From positions 65,360-129,359 of the IMG/VR virus record IMGVR_UViG_3300021426_000070: a stretch of DNA of 64,000 nucleotides. One strand, written 5' to 3'. Under the pieces are notes generated by a model, which was given only the letters and a program-made list of their open reading frames with translations, had not been told where the DNA came from and did no database searches. The first letter of the stretch is position 1. Each line of letters opens with the position of its first letter. This document shows, in pieces, positions 17,878 to 27,800 of this stretch. The DNA comes from a virus. Lineage: Duplodnaviria; Caudoviricetes. Made by a program: the position numbers and the translations under genes.

Positions 17878-18117
17878 TTAATTAAGAATTAGATTCTTTC
17901 TTTCACTTTCTTCTTGCTCATTAGCGTCACGTAACGCCTCCTCGATAATCTCTTTCGCCGTTTCATAGTTTGTGCATAAAGCACGTATGGAATTATAGAT
18001 TAAATCACCTTCACAATGCACTATAGATAGCACTGCGTGGTCTTGCTCCACGAAACACATATAGCCCTTATCTAAATCGGTAAGTGCCTTTTCCAACTTC
18101 TTCTCTTTATCGCCCAT
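17878..18117 (-). CDS. Hypothetical protein
   Basis: ORF track. Confidence 0.6.
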   Translation of the reverse strand: MGDKEKKLEKALTDLDKGYMCFVEQDHAVLSIVHCEGDLIYNSIRALCTNYETAKEIIEEALRDANEQEESERKNLILN

Positions 18118-18118
18118 A

Positions 18119-18424
18119 CTACTTCAATTTATCTAATCGCCCATACTGCTTCAATTTATCTATTTGCCTTATACGCTCTTCACAGTCATGGATTATCTTC
18201 TCATAATCCAACCTACGAGGGTCTGTTTTCTTGTTCCTCAGCACACGCTTGACTATATCCGCATCCCAAGAATTAAGATTATATTCAAGCCACAAAGTCC
18301 ATGCTTGAATGATATGTTCCGAGTAATCGGATTCACCAACATTGCTACTACGTACGTCATTGGGGATAATGCCCAATATATCAAGCTGCTCGTACAGCTC
18401 ATCACTTATCTCTTTCATCTTCAA
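18119..18424 (-). CDS. DUF3310-like phage protein
   Basis: NVGESDY..HIIQAW...WDADIVKRVLRNK...LDYEKIIH. Confidence 0.65.
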   Translation of the reverse strand: MKMKEISDELYEQLDILGIIPNDVRSSNVGESDYSEHIIQAWTLWLEYNLNSWDADIVKRVLRNKKTDPRRLDYEKIIHDCEERIRQIDKLKQYGRLDKLK

Positions 18425-18626
18425 ATATGTTTAATGAATAATAATCTTGTCTTTCTCTCTTATACTCTTTCTTAGGGTGTCGTTGCTTATAGATTTTTTG
18501 GCAGTCCTTGCAATAGCTCTGTATCTTCCCTTTGGAGATATAGAACTCAGATATATCCTTAACCCTCTTGCAGTAAGGGCATTGTTTCTTCGGCATGTAA
18601 CCGCCAAAAATATCTTTCTGCATCAC
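18402..18626 (-). CDS. Small Zn-finger protein
   Basis: CPYC...YCKDC. Confidence 0.6.
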   Translation of the reverse strand: MMQKDIFGGYMPKKQCPYCKRVKDISEFYISKGKIQSYCKDCQKIYKQRHPKKEYKRERQDYYSLNIFEDERDK

Positions 18627-19147
18627 ATTTCCTTTTTCAATTCCAAAACTTTCTCTGCGAAATACATATACCTAGCTTTTAACTCGTCCACATCCCATTT
18701 CTTGGATTCATACTTCTGTTTCTCCAACTCTTCCACACGCTGCTCACCCATCTTCTTGATAAGCAACAGCTTCTTGTCGTTAGGAAGGCTCTGTGCGACA
18801 ACACTTCTGTCAACTATCTTACGTCCTAGCTTTAATATCAGATTCTTCCGATACCCTAGCAAATGGTCGCCCTGCAGCCTATTGCATTTGCTACACTCCG
18901 CATGGACGTTGTCCTCCTCCCACCTTAGCGGCATACAGTTTCGGCTTACAAAATGTCCCGCATCAAACATATCATAAGGCTTTACTTTACCGCAAGAGAT
19001 ACACCTACACCCTTTGAAATGGAACTCTTTAGAATCCCTCAAACGGATATATAAGGAGAAGACCCTATCAAGCTTCTCTATCCACGTCTTACGCTCGTCT
19101 GAGCCACGTTTCCGTTTTGTCTTTTTTTTATTCTTACTTATAAACAT
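18623..19147 (-). CDS. ninG: NinG/Rap-like recombination endonuclease
   Basis: FSLYIRLRD, CISCG, DAGHF, NVHAECSKCN. Confidence 0.9.
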   Translation of the reverse strand: MFISKNKKKTKRKRGSDERKTWIEKLDRVFSLYIRLRDSKEFHFKGCRCISCGKVKPYDMFDAGHFVSRNCMPLRWEEDNVHAECSKCNRLQGDHLLGYRKNLILKLGRKIVDRSVVAQSLPNDKKLLLIKKMGEQRVEELEKQKYESKKWDVDELKARYMYFAEKVLELKKEM

Positions 19148-19165
19148 AACTCTTAATTAGAAAAT

Positions 19166-19193
19166 CCCGCCCTATTCTCACGAACGAGGCGGG
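19166..19193 (-). terminator. GTGA-loop hairpin terminator
   Basis: CCCGCC-TCG-TTC-GTGA-GAA-TA-GGGCGGG followed by ATTTT. Confidence 0.65.
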
Positions 19194-19223
19194 CAAACTT
19201 ATAAACTCTCAGAAACAATCCCC

Positions 19224-19676
19224 TTAACGGGTTACTTCCTTTGTCTCGCAGACAATGATATCTTCGATGACTGTCTCATGAACGCTTTCGACAACATAGT
19301 CTGCCATGCTGTCGTGCATGACCTCATCAAACACCTTCTGAGCTCCCTCGATAGAATCTGCCTGTACGAGATATGTTACCTTTGACTTCTTCTGCTTCTC
19401 TGTCTTCTCATCAATGGTGATAAACGCCACCTTCAGCTTGTAGAACTTCTCGCCTTCGGTGAGGAACACCTCCTTGTAGGCGGCTTTATTCTCAGTCAGC
19501 ACCTCAAACTCACCATGGTAGTTGTCACCCGCATACTCGTTGATACGTGTCTCACACTCACTGAAAGACAGAGCGTCAACAACCAAAAGGCTATTCATCT
19601 TCACTTGTGTACCATCTTCCGTTGTGCTCTCGTGTCTTACCTTAGACTCAAAGAAATTACTTACAATACTTTTCAT
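19224..19676 (-). CDS. DUF4494-like Bacteroidota protein
   Basis: VDALSFSECE, FITIDEKTEKQKK...YLVQA. Confidence 0.8.
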   Translation of the reverse strand: MKSIVSNFFESKVRHESTTEDGTQVKMNSLLVVDALSFSECETRINEYAGDNYHGEFEVLTENKAAYKEVFLTEGEKFYKLKVAFITIDEKTEKQKKSKVTYLVQADSIEGAQKVFDEVMHDSMADYVVESVHETVIEDIIVCETKEVTR

Positions 19677-19855
19677 AATCTTTATGTTTAATAATTAATT
19701 GAAACAACCTAACTTCTCATTACGCTTAACCTTCCGTTTGAACTTCATGCAAAAGCCATACTTCCGACACATAGCGTCTGAAAAAGAGTGGCAATACTCA
19801 CATGTATCTTTGTCGTAATTAACCTTTCTCATCTTATATCGACTTTCTAAATTAG

Positions 19856-19933
19856 TGGGCTTTGTCGGGTTCGAACCAACGTCACTCTTGCGAGTTCACT
19901 AGTACAAGCTCTACCAAATTGAGCTAAAAGCCC
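19856..19933 (-). ncRNA. tRNA-like RNA with collapsed anticodon arm
   Basis: Intact acceptor (GGGCTTT/AAAGCCC), D arm and T arm, ACTC-GCAA-GAGT extra arm, but only ~12 nt where the anticodon arm should be. Confidence 0.75.
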
Positions 19934-19942
19934 GTATTATAG

Positions 19943-20013
19943 TTAGCTCAATCGGATTCGAACCGATAATAACAGAACCAAAATCTGTTGTGTTACCATT
20001 ACACCATGAGCCA
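19943..20013 (-). tRNA. tRNA-Gln(TTG)
   Basis: Cloverleaf; ACAGA TTTTGGT TCTGT. Confidence 0.93.
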
Positions 20014-20018
20014 GTGTG

Positions 20019-20099
20019 TAGGGGTAATAGGACTCGAACCTATATACATTTCTGTGCTTGCTTTTGAAACAAGTGCGTCTACCATTTCGCCATACCCCC
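20019..20099 (-). tRNA. tRNA-Leu(CAA)
   Basis: Cloverleaf, long variable arm; loop TTCAAAA. Confidence 0.9.
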
Positions 20100-20169
20100 G
20101 TTTCCCGCCGCTGCGGGACTTGTTCTTTGTCGAACTAATAAGCTTAAGAATTTTATCACATTTTATAGT

Positions 20170-20258
20170 GGAGGGGAGACGGACTCGAACCGCCGACCAT
20201 ACAGCTATAGCGCAAAGCCTATAAGTTACTGCTGCTCTACCAACTGAGCTATCCCCCC
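20170..20258 (-). ncRNA. tRNA-like RNA with elongated anticodon arm
   Basis: Canonical acceptor/D/T arms; GCAG...CTGT encloses an extra TATAG/CTATA helix. Confidence 0.75.
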
Positions 20259-20329
20259 ATGCCCCACCGCTGTGGGAATTATGAAATTTAAAGTTATAAA
20301 TATTGCTATTCGTTTCACAACGTTTTTTG

Positions 20330-20410
20330 TGCCCCGAAAGGGAGTCGAACCCTTACGCCTTACGGCAAATGCTCTTAAAACATTCGTGTCTGCCATTTCA
20401 CCATCAGGGC
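20330..20410 (-). tRNA. tRNA-Leu(TAA)
   Basis: Cloverleaf, long variable arm; loop TTTAAGA. Confidence 0.93.
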
Positions 20411-20439
20411 TACCTCAATATGCCAAAGAAATACATCAG

Positions 20440-20512
20440 TGCAACGTGTGGGATTCGAACCCACGACCCCGAGATTAAAAATCACGTGCTCTGCCTACTG
20501 AGCTAACGTTAC
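20440..20512 (-). tRNA. tRNA-Lys(TTT)
   Basis: Cloverleaf; CGTGA TTTTTAA TCTCG (one U-U mismatch). Confidence 0.9.
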
Positions 20513-20522
20513 GGATTACCTT

Positions 20523-20700
20523 GCACACCGCCATGTCGTCACAGGCAACATCCCCAAGGATTTTAGGAGAAATCCACCCACATGCTACCCTTTCGGTCTT
20601 TTTGGGAATTACACCGATACTATCACATGCTTTAGTCCCGCTTTCTATATAGGTTGCGCCCCTTAACGCTTCCAAATGTACTCACTCGTGGTGCGTGTGC
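20523..20700 (-). ncRNA. Putative ~180-nt structured ncRNA between tRNA-Glu and tRNA-Lys
   Basis: Closing helix GCACAC/GTGTGC; internal hairpins GGATT..AATCC, ATGTTG..CGACAT, ACC-GAAA-GG. Confidence 0.45.
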
Positions 20701-20714
20701 TGATACAATACTTG

Positions 20715-20786
20715 TAGTCGTATGGAGAATCGAACTCCAATTATGAGAATGAAAATCTCACGTCCTAACCATTAGACGATACGACC
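20715..20786 (-). tRNA. tRNA-Glu(TTC)
   Basis: Cloverleaf; TGAGA TTTTCAT TCTCA. Confidence 0.92.
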
Positions 20787-20897
20787 TTGTTTTTTTTCAA
20801 AGAACTCACGACCAAAAGGTCTTTTGGAAACCTATACGGCTTTCACAAGTGGTATAGGTTGAATATCTCAAATCTAATCAATGAAAAACTGTTGTAT

Positions 20898-21365
20898 CTA
20901 AAGGAACTCACGGTTTTCCTCGATTATCTTCTCTGCGTGAAGCATAAAGGCATAGTCCGTGGAGTCGGGGATATATATCTGATACTCGAAAGAACAGAAA
21001 TTGCGCCATCGTGTGATTGCCAACGACAACTCACCCATATCCAACTCGTCCATATGACGGACGTAACCTATTTCTTCACCTTTTCTGTTAAGCTTTTTTT
21101 TGTAGAAGATATCGTGGTTCACCCTATTCTTGAAATACTCCATTTCCGCTTCGTACTTCGAGATGCCATACTCTGCGGCAAAATAGCCTATGCAGACGAA
21201 AGCAAACCTAAGCTGCTGCCCGCTTTGATGGGGCTTGAGGGCTTTCAGCTCTGCGCCGAAAGCACTCTTACCCTCTGCCTCTGCTTTCTCACCCCTTGCT
21301 ATGAGTGCCTTTGCATCGGCAAGCATTTTCTCTCTGTCGTATTTGGAAACAAGATTGTATTTCAT
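20898..21365 (-). CDS. NinB/Orf-like protein
   Basis: SxQQLRF...IGYFA and late ELDMGELS.AI..W pattern; position after SSB. Confidence 0.55.
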   Translation of the reverse strand: MKYNLVSKYDREKMLADAKALIARGEKAEAEGKSAFGAELKALKPHQSGQQLRFAFVCIGYFAAEYGISKYEAEMEYFKNRVNHDIFYKKKLNRKGEEIGYVRHMDELDMGELSLAITRWRNFCSFEYQIYIPDSTDYAFMLHAEKIIEENREFL

Positions 21366-21381
21366 ACCGCTTGGTTAATTA

Positions 21382-21834
21382 TCAGAAAATCTGTGGAACG
21401 CCCTGCTGACCATTGCCTTGAGTCTGTGGCTGTGGCTGCTGTGTCTGCGGCTGCTGCTGTGGGCGGTTCTGTGTCTGTGGCTGTGACGGCATAGGAAGAT
21501 TGACGTTAAGCCGCTCAATACGCAGTGCTCGTACAGAGTTGAAATAGCGCACATTGTGGTTTTGGTCTTCATAAGAACGACCCTCAATAGCGATGCCTAC
21601 CTTTACAACATCACCGACCTTAAAGCCATCGAGCATACCGACCTTGTTTTCGCCGTTAATCTCGAGGATAGGTGTATTGGTATCACTCAGCTCGGGAGTA
21701 CCGTCCTCGGGATTAAAGCGCATAGCACGGATTACAAACTCACGCTTGATAAGCGCATTACCTTGCCCATTCTTTGGGGCGATTGTCTGTGTCTGACCGA
21801 TTGCAAGAATCTGTCCCGAAATTAAATTTGCCAT
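21382..21834 (-). CDS. Single-stranded DNA-binding protein (DUF3127-like)
   Basis: OB-fold pattern KREFV...VGDVVKV...IEGR...YFNSV; Q/P-rich tail. Confidence 0.8.
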   Translation of the reverse strand: MANLISGQILAIGQTQTIAPKNGQGNALIKREFVIRAMRFNPEDGTPELSDTNTPILEINGENKVGMLDGFKVGDVVKVGIAIEGRSYEDQNHNVRYFNSVRALRIERLNVNLPMPSQPQTQNRPQQQPQTQQPQPQTQGNGQQGVPQIF

Positions 21835-21838
21835 AATT

Positions 21839-22765
21839 CTAATCTCTATAAGTTATTTTAATCGTTTCTTTCGTCTCAGAAGTCTTCAGATATTCTTTAT
21901 ACATATCTTGGTGCTCTTCTTGAAATTTCTTTGCATCAAAGGTGTTACGGACTGAGCCCTTAACCCTAGTAAATAGTATCAATCCCGAGTCAATACTCTC
22001 AGACTTGTCTTTCTTCATGTGCTCGAAAATCTCAGACACGATAGCATCCCTCTCAGCAGAGAGCGCAGCAATACGCTCTTTGAGGAAAGCCAACTTATCC
22101 ATGTTCTCAGCAATATAGCTAGGCAATACAGACGTGTTGAAAGGTCTGTCCTCGATATCACACATGATAAGCTCTATAATCTTTTCTACGGGCTTACGCT
22201 CGATAGGATAGTACTTAGCGATAGAACCACGCTTTGCATCCTCTCTAATCCACAGCCCCGAAAGTCTTGCAACCCTCAGCTTTGGATTCATAAGCTCAAA
22301 GAAATAGGCATAGACACTGAGCTGCCATGATACATACTCTCGGTTAAAACGATAGGTTGTCTTCACATCGGAAATCTCGACCTCGTTGTCGGCAAGACCC
22401 TTAGCATGAAACACCTTATCAATGGCACTAGCGTAATTCTCGTCATCTGATACAAGGTACTCACTAGCGATATGCTCGAGTCCGTTCTCTTCACACAGCC
22501 GCTTGTAATTCTGTACCTCGGGCATATCATCACCTAACCCCATGTTATCGTACAGCTCGAGGCGGGAATGGATTAAGTGCCCTCTGTTTGCAGCGTTATC
22601 TAACACCGCTTGACTGACCCCCGAATAGCTATCCATGAAGATACGCCTTTTGAGGATGCCCGTCACGCCATTCAGCTCTTTGCCATCTTTGTTAAAGTAT
22701 CGGTGCTCGTCAGCAATGAACGAGCCCGACCACTTTTTCAGCTTTATCCGATTTACATTCATCAT
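21839..22765 (-). CDS. PD-(D/E)xK exonuclease
   Basis: HRY...GVT, RGHLIH, EYLVSD, ASAID, DVKT, WQLSVY. Confidence 0.85.
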   Translation of the reverse strand: MMNVNRIKLKKWSGSFIADEHRYFNKDGKELNGVTGILKRRIFMDSYSGVSQAVLDNAANRGHLIHSRLELYDNMGLGDDMPEVQNYKRLCEENGLEHIASEYLVSDDENYASAIDKVFHAKGLADNEVEISDVKTTYRFNREYVSWQLSVYAYFFELMNPKLRVARLSGLWIREDAKRGSIAKYYPIERKPVEKIIELIMCDIEDRPFNTSVLPSYIAENMDKLAFLKERIAALSAERDAIVSEIFEHMKKDKSESIDSGLILFTRVKGSVRNTFDAKKFQEEHQDMYKEYLKTSETKETIKITYRD

Positions 22766-23490
22766 GACACCTTATTCTTGTAGCTCATAATAACGTCAAT
22801 GAACTTCTGTAACTTTTGGTAGTCTGCGTACTCGTCCCATACCCTCTTCACATCTTCTTGTGTTCGGGCTTGTTCGAGTGCGGGGATAATGTACCCGTTG
22901 AGCACATCGTTAAAATCACGCTCTTCGTCAGACATAGAGCTAGGCTCTTTCTGTGGCTCTTCGTTCAGCTTGTAACGGGTATTACCAACCCTATCAACAA
23001 TGACAAGCTTATTGATATTTCGGGCTTCATCATAGCCAATTTCTTTCACGATGAAAATCGTCTTAGCAGATACCTTGACCTTACCATTATCATCTTTCCA
23101 CTCGTCTTTATTGAGGTTGATAAAAATCTTCGGTGAAGTATAGAGCTCACGACCAATACCCCAATTGAAACAAGCTCGCTTGAACGAGTCAGAGAAAGAG
23201 CCCTTGACAGCCTCCGTGTTACTCTCTACGCCAACGTCTTGCTTTCCTATCCACTCACCCGTTGCTTGGTCTTTGATGGATACGGTACAACACATCTGAC
23301 CATTGATAACATCGTGCTTGCGCTGCCAACCGAACATGCCGAAAAGCTCATCGAGTATTCGTTGGTCGCAACGTGCATCCTTATACAAAAGGAGAGAGCA
23401 CCATGCACCGTTTTGTGTCTTGCCGCACTGACCAACTCGACATTCAATCTCGTCAGCCCTCAGCACTCGAATTTCTTTTGTTTCTGCCAT
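22762..23490 (-). CDS. Rad52/Sak-like single-strand annealing protein
   Basis: YKDAR...ILDELFG..GW, KQDVG, KGSFSDSFKRA...WGIGRELY. Confidence 0.88.
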   Translation of the reverse strand: MAETKEIRVLRADEIECRVGQCGKTQNGAWCSLLLYKDARCDQRILDELFGMFGWQRKHDVINGQMCCTVSIKDQATGEWIGKQDVGVESNTEAVKGSFSDSFKRACFNWGIGRELYTSPKIFINLNKDEWKDDNGKVKVSAKTIFIVKEIGYDEARNINKLVIVDRVGNTRYKLNEEPQKEPSSMSDEERDFNDVLNGYIIPALEQARTQEDVKRVWDEYADYQKLQKFIDVIMSYKNKVS

Positions 23491-23517
23491 ATCTTATAAG
23501 TTTAAAAGTTACCAAAA

Positions 23518-23724
23518 CTACTTGTTACACTTGACCGCCATCGTACCTAGTTTCTTACTCTCTACTATAGAGTATTTGACATAGCCCGCTTCTTTGTTCA
23601 GCCGACTAGCCACCGTTCGCCACGACTGAGGATTAACATCTTCTAACGGGTATTGTCGAAATTCGCCCGCCCTCAGCGTTGTCATTATCTGACGCATGTA
23701 ACCATCTTCTACTTTATTAACCAT
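23518..23724 (-). CDS. Small basic protein, first gene of the recombination operon
   Basis: A-rich leader and promoter at 23790-23797. Confidence 0.6.
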   Translation of the reverse strand: MVNKVEDGYMRQIMTTLRAGEFRQYPLEDVNPQSWRTVASRLNKEAGYVKYSIVESKKLGTMAVKCNK

Positions 23725-23891
23725 CTTTTTTCTCTTTAATTTCAAACATAAAACACATGCCGTTTGCAGTGTTATAAACATCACGAGTGCAAAGGTAATA
23801 CATTATTTTGTATATTGCAAATGTTTTGCCAATTTTCTTTCTTTATTTTGCATTTATTAACTTATAAACACCTCACGCACGTACATAATAT

Positions 23892-23921
23892 AAAAAGGCG
23901 GCAATCTCAACGACCACCGCC
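23892..23921 (-). terminator. Intrinsic terminator
   Basis: GGCGGT...GCCGCC followed by TTTTT. Confidence 0.65.
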
Positions 23922-24181
23922 ATGTTATCAGTCCCAACCGAAAAGCGAATAGATATCACCGCACTTCTCTCGCACAAGCTTTCGGAAGGCATCCTCTCTC
24001 ATTCCGTGCTGCCTAGCGAAATCACGCCAAACGCCATCTATCCACTTTATGATGATGATATAGGTATAGACGTTCTTCCGTTCCTCGGGCATGTAACGCT
24101 CACAGACACCCAACAGCATTTGCTCCTTGTTGCTGTTCGCCTTGTTCGCCCGCTCTATCTTTCGTAAATCATAAATCAGAC

Positions 24182-24827
24182 TCATAGATTCTCGTATAAT
24201 AAAGTTAAATGGTTCTTCTTTATTTCTGGCAACTCGTATGATTTTCCAAACTGCCACTCGAACTGTTTTTTAAACTCTGCAACGTCAAACGGACGACATA
24301 TAAGATGAAATCCACTTTTTGTTGGAAAACTCATCATAACATTCTGCTTATTCTTGGAGCGTATATCATTTATATATCTTACAAGCCGTGTAAAATAATG
24401 CCCATCAGTGATATTGTCAGTATCAACCACCCACAGATTATTATCCTTAGCCTTGTATTTCCCGCAACAAGAATCAAAGATATGGTCAAACTGCTTATAG
24501 TCATGGGCAGCTATCCTACGTGCCTCTTCCGCTATCGTATCGAGGGCTATCTGCGACATCAGCTTGTAGTTGACGGATGCATACGCTCTGCAGTGTAACA
24601 GAGTGCATATATCCTTTATCTCTTGCTCATATTTCCGCAAGTCTGCCATGGAAAAGATATGGTAGTTCTTGAAGTGATAGTTTGCCGCTGGCATATCGGC
24701 ATTATCCTTTCCTCTGCGTATCAGCTCTATAACATAGAACTTATCAAGATTACCCTTCTCATTGTCCTCGGGCAACCCACCACATAGCTCTATAAGTTTT
24801 CTGTATAATTCAAAATTATCGGTCATA
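24182..24827 (-). CDS. Possible primase-polymerase (AEP)-like fold protein
   Basis: WVVDTD and PTKSGFHL motifs. Confidence 0.45.
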
Positions 24828-27800
24828 CTAACAATTATTACACCCAACACAAATCTCGTTACCACAGACGGGGCACGTGATATAATACTGATACTCGTTC
24901 ATGTGGCTCTGCTCCCTGCGGCATTCATTTGGGAAATAGCCCAACTCAGAACCACACTTATAGCACTTGGTACGCTTTTCTAAGCTACCTTTCTTGATAA
25001 TCCTTACCATAACTATTCTTGTTTTAGACTTATTTTTGCCAACGGCTCACTTCCTATCGCACTCGTCGGGTTCTCAGCGTCAACAGTCCATAGCGACCTT
25101 TCGGGAGCTTCCTTCCACAGCTGATGACGCATAACCCGATGTATATCCCAAAGGATATCAGCCGCATCGTCATAATGAATACCATACTGCCGTCCTCTGC
25201 CGCAATTCCAAAAACGGCTTTTTATCTGAGCGCATATCTCTTCTGCATCATGGCGCATATTATGCCAACCGCCTTCCCACTCGTCATCCATAAACGAGCC
25301 TACAGCCTTCTTGCAGCGTTTCTCCCAAGCATCCTCAAACAGACCTTGATAAGCAGAACCTTGACCTTGTATGAGCCTCGGAAACTGGTCACAGACATAC
25401 GATAGAAGTTTTGCTTGTCGCTCTGACAGCTCTAACAGATATCTCTTTTCCATATCACTTCTTGTTTACCTCAATCTCAATCTTTGACGTAAAAACAGAA
25501 TCAAGCACCTCACACGTCTCAAGCTGACGCTTCACCTTACAACGCTCACACGTACATAGATGCTGCTGCTTAATAGGGAATAACGAGCGTTTCGCTACAT
25601 CATACAGCGTCTCACCAATCACAACGCCTACCAATGCTGCAGACGCATACACAACCCAAACAATTAAATACTTTTTCATTTATAAATCCTTTCTTTTATA
25701 TACAAATAATCACTTTCCCTCAATAAGAAAAAATTCTCACACTCATACCAAAAGCCATCAAGCTCAAAGGAAACACTGCTTATAAGCATGCCTATATCTA
25801 TATTTGTATGCCCCGTCTTCTCTACTATAAGATAGGTCATTTCTCGCAGCTCTTTAAACACCTCTCCTAATGACTTGATACTATTAGCACCAACGAGCCA
25901 CGGCTTACCAAACATATAATACAAGTCTTTTCTTAGCTCAATCATGACAACGCCGCCCATTTCAAAGAACTTTTTCACTCTTATCTTGTTGTTCATTTTT
26001 CTCTCTTTCTATTCGTTTTAAAACTTGTGTTACCTTTCTCGAATATTGCACTTTCTCACGCCCACCTTTGTAGCGATACCAATTACGCCACTCTTCCTTG
26101 CGGCTCTTCTTTTCGGTTCGGGGCTCTTTTTCCCTACCGCCGCAGAAGGTCTTACGCTCCAATAGGCTATCCGTGTTTAGCTTACTGCAATAGTAAAAGC
26201 CGTGCCCACCGCCCTCAGAGGCGAAAAGCCAATGCTTACAGCCCGCACAGAATATAGTATTTGCCATTACTTAATCTTTTATTCTTTTAGTTCTTTTCTT
26301 GTCATAGCTGTTTTTGATTCTTATCTCCCCAAGTTACTTTATAATCTTCTTTAAATGATAAAACGCTACCACGAAAAGCAACACTACATTCCATATAGTC
26401 GCTATTCATAATACGCTCTATCTGCTTCTTAACGTAAGTATCTCCTACACCGATGCAGTTAAGATAACCGCTATCTGTTGACTGCCATTCTTCCTTTTTC
26501 ATAACCTATTCCTCTATAACATCTATTAGCGCACAATGCTCCAACAAATCCTCTTTGAGCTTTGCAAATTGGCAGCTAGAGACAACATGCTTTATCAATT
26601 CTCTTTTATGCGTCACCGTCATAATATGCTTGCCGTCATTTGTGGTGGCAATAATCTGTAATGATTCAATATCGTCTGATGTCATTTCTCTTTCCTTTCC
26701 TTATAGTCTTTGAAACGTTTAAATACTTCTTGATAAAATCCCCAATCTCTTATTCCATCCCATGGTGTACTATGTAACCATTCATCTTCTAAAAGATTGG
26801 CAATTTTTACAATTTCTGCCATGTCTCTCCAATTGGGTTCTAAGTCACTCACCGCTTTATTGTAGCCTTTAACAAACGCATGTACGCATTCAATATCAAC
26901 CTCCGCTGGCTCATAGTCACCCGTCCCAAACGCACCGCTTGATGGGGTTGTATATAGCTGTACCGCATAATCTTCTATCTTACTCATATCTCGTCATCAT
27001 CATTTAATTTCATACCATACCGATAAACATCAACAACTATTCTTTCATTGGGCTTTTTGGTCTTCACCAACTCATTAATACCCTCCATAAATGAATAAAA
27101 CTCTGCATTATTCATCTGTCATTGCTTGTTTTAAATCGCTAATAAAATCTTCTGTCATACCCGACTCTCCTTTAAATTCATTATACCATGTGTAGGTGTC
27201 AGCATGCTCTTTTAGCCACTCATAGATTTCGTTCCTCGCAATCTCCACAGCCCTCCTTGCTTGGTCGGGAGTGAGCCATGGGTGATATTCTTTCAAACGT
27301 CTAATGCCATTTTCAAAATATTCGGGAAAATCATATTCATTGCTACAATTTCTTGTGCAATTACTGATAAATTCTTCTGCTTTACTCATAATTCTATTTC
27401 AATTTAATCTTACATACATGCAAGTGCTTTGTTTTCAAATCTTTTGTAGATGTTCCGAAGTACGTTTTTGGTGTTCTCGGAATCTTTTGCAATTGGGTGC
27501 GAGCAACGAGAAAAGAACACATCTTCAAGGTCTCTTGCATCCCAATCAAACTCAAGTCCTTTGTGGTAAGGGCACTTTCTACATCTGACACTTCCCACTT
27601 TTATAGGCAAACCACTCAAACGACACTTCTCATCATTCCGTCTGATATGCCAATCACGGGTGATTTTTGTTGTATTGTAATCATAGGTCATCATACGTCA
27701 GTCCTCCCAATCTTGTGTAGCTTTATCAAACACGCCCATAACGGCATCATAATCCCATTCATACAAAGGAACGCCATTACAACAAAGCACCTTACAGCAC

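Noticed and set aside
19856-19933. Amber suppressor tRNA and TAG recoding (CTA in the residual arm)
   Set aside because: No 5-bp stem with 7-nt loop; long genes are intact in the standard code and TAG terminates genes normally (e.g. 10764, 40174)
19800-20790. HDV-like (theta) or hammerhead ribozymes after the tRNAs
   Set aside because: Could not find the nested pseudoknot or a CUGAUGA/GAAA core by eye
20787-21494. 235-aa + strand ORF, and similar + strand ORFs such as 2-346, 16183-16662 and 18447-18977
   Set aside because: Antisense shadows of well-supported - strand genes
21839-22765. Cas4 as part of a CRISPR adaptation module
   Set aside because: No Fe-S Cys cluster, no array or cas1; its position between the annealase and SSB indicates a recombination exonuclease
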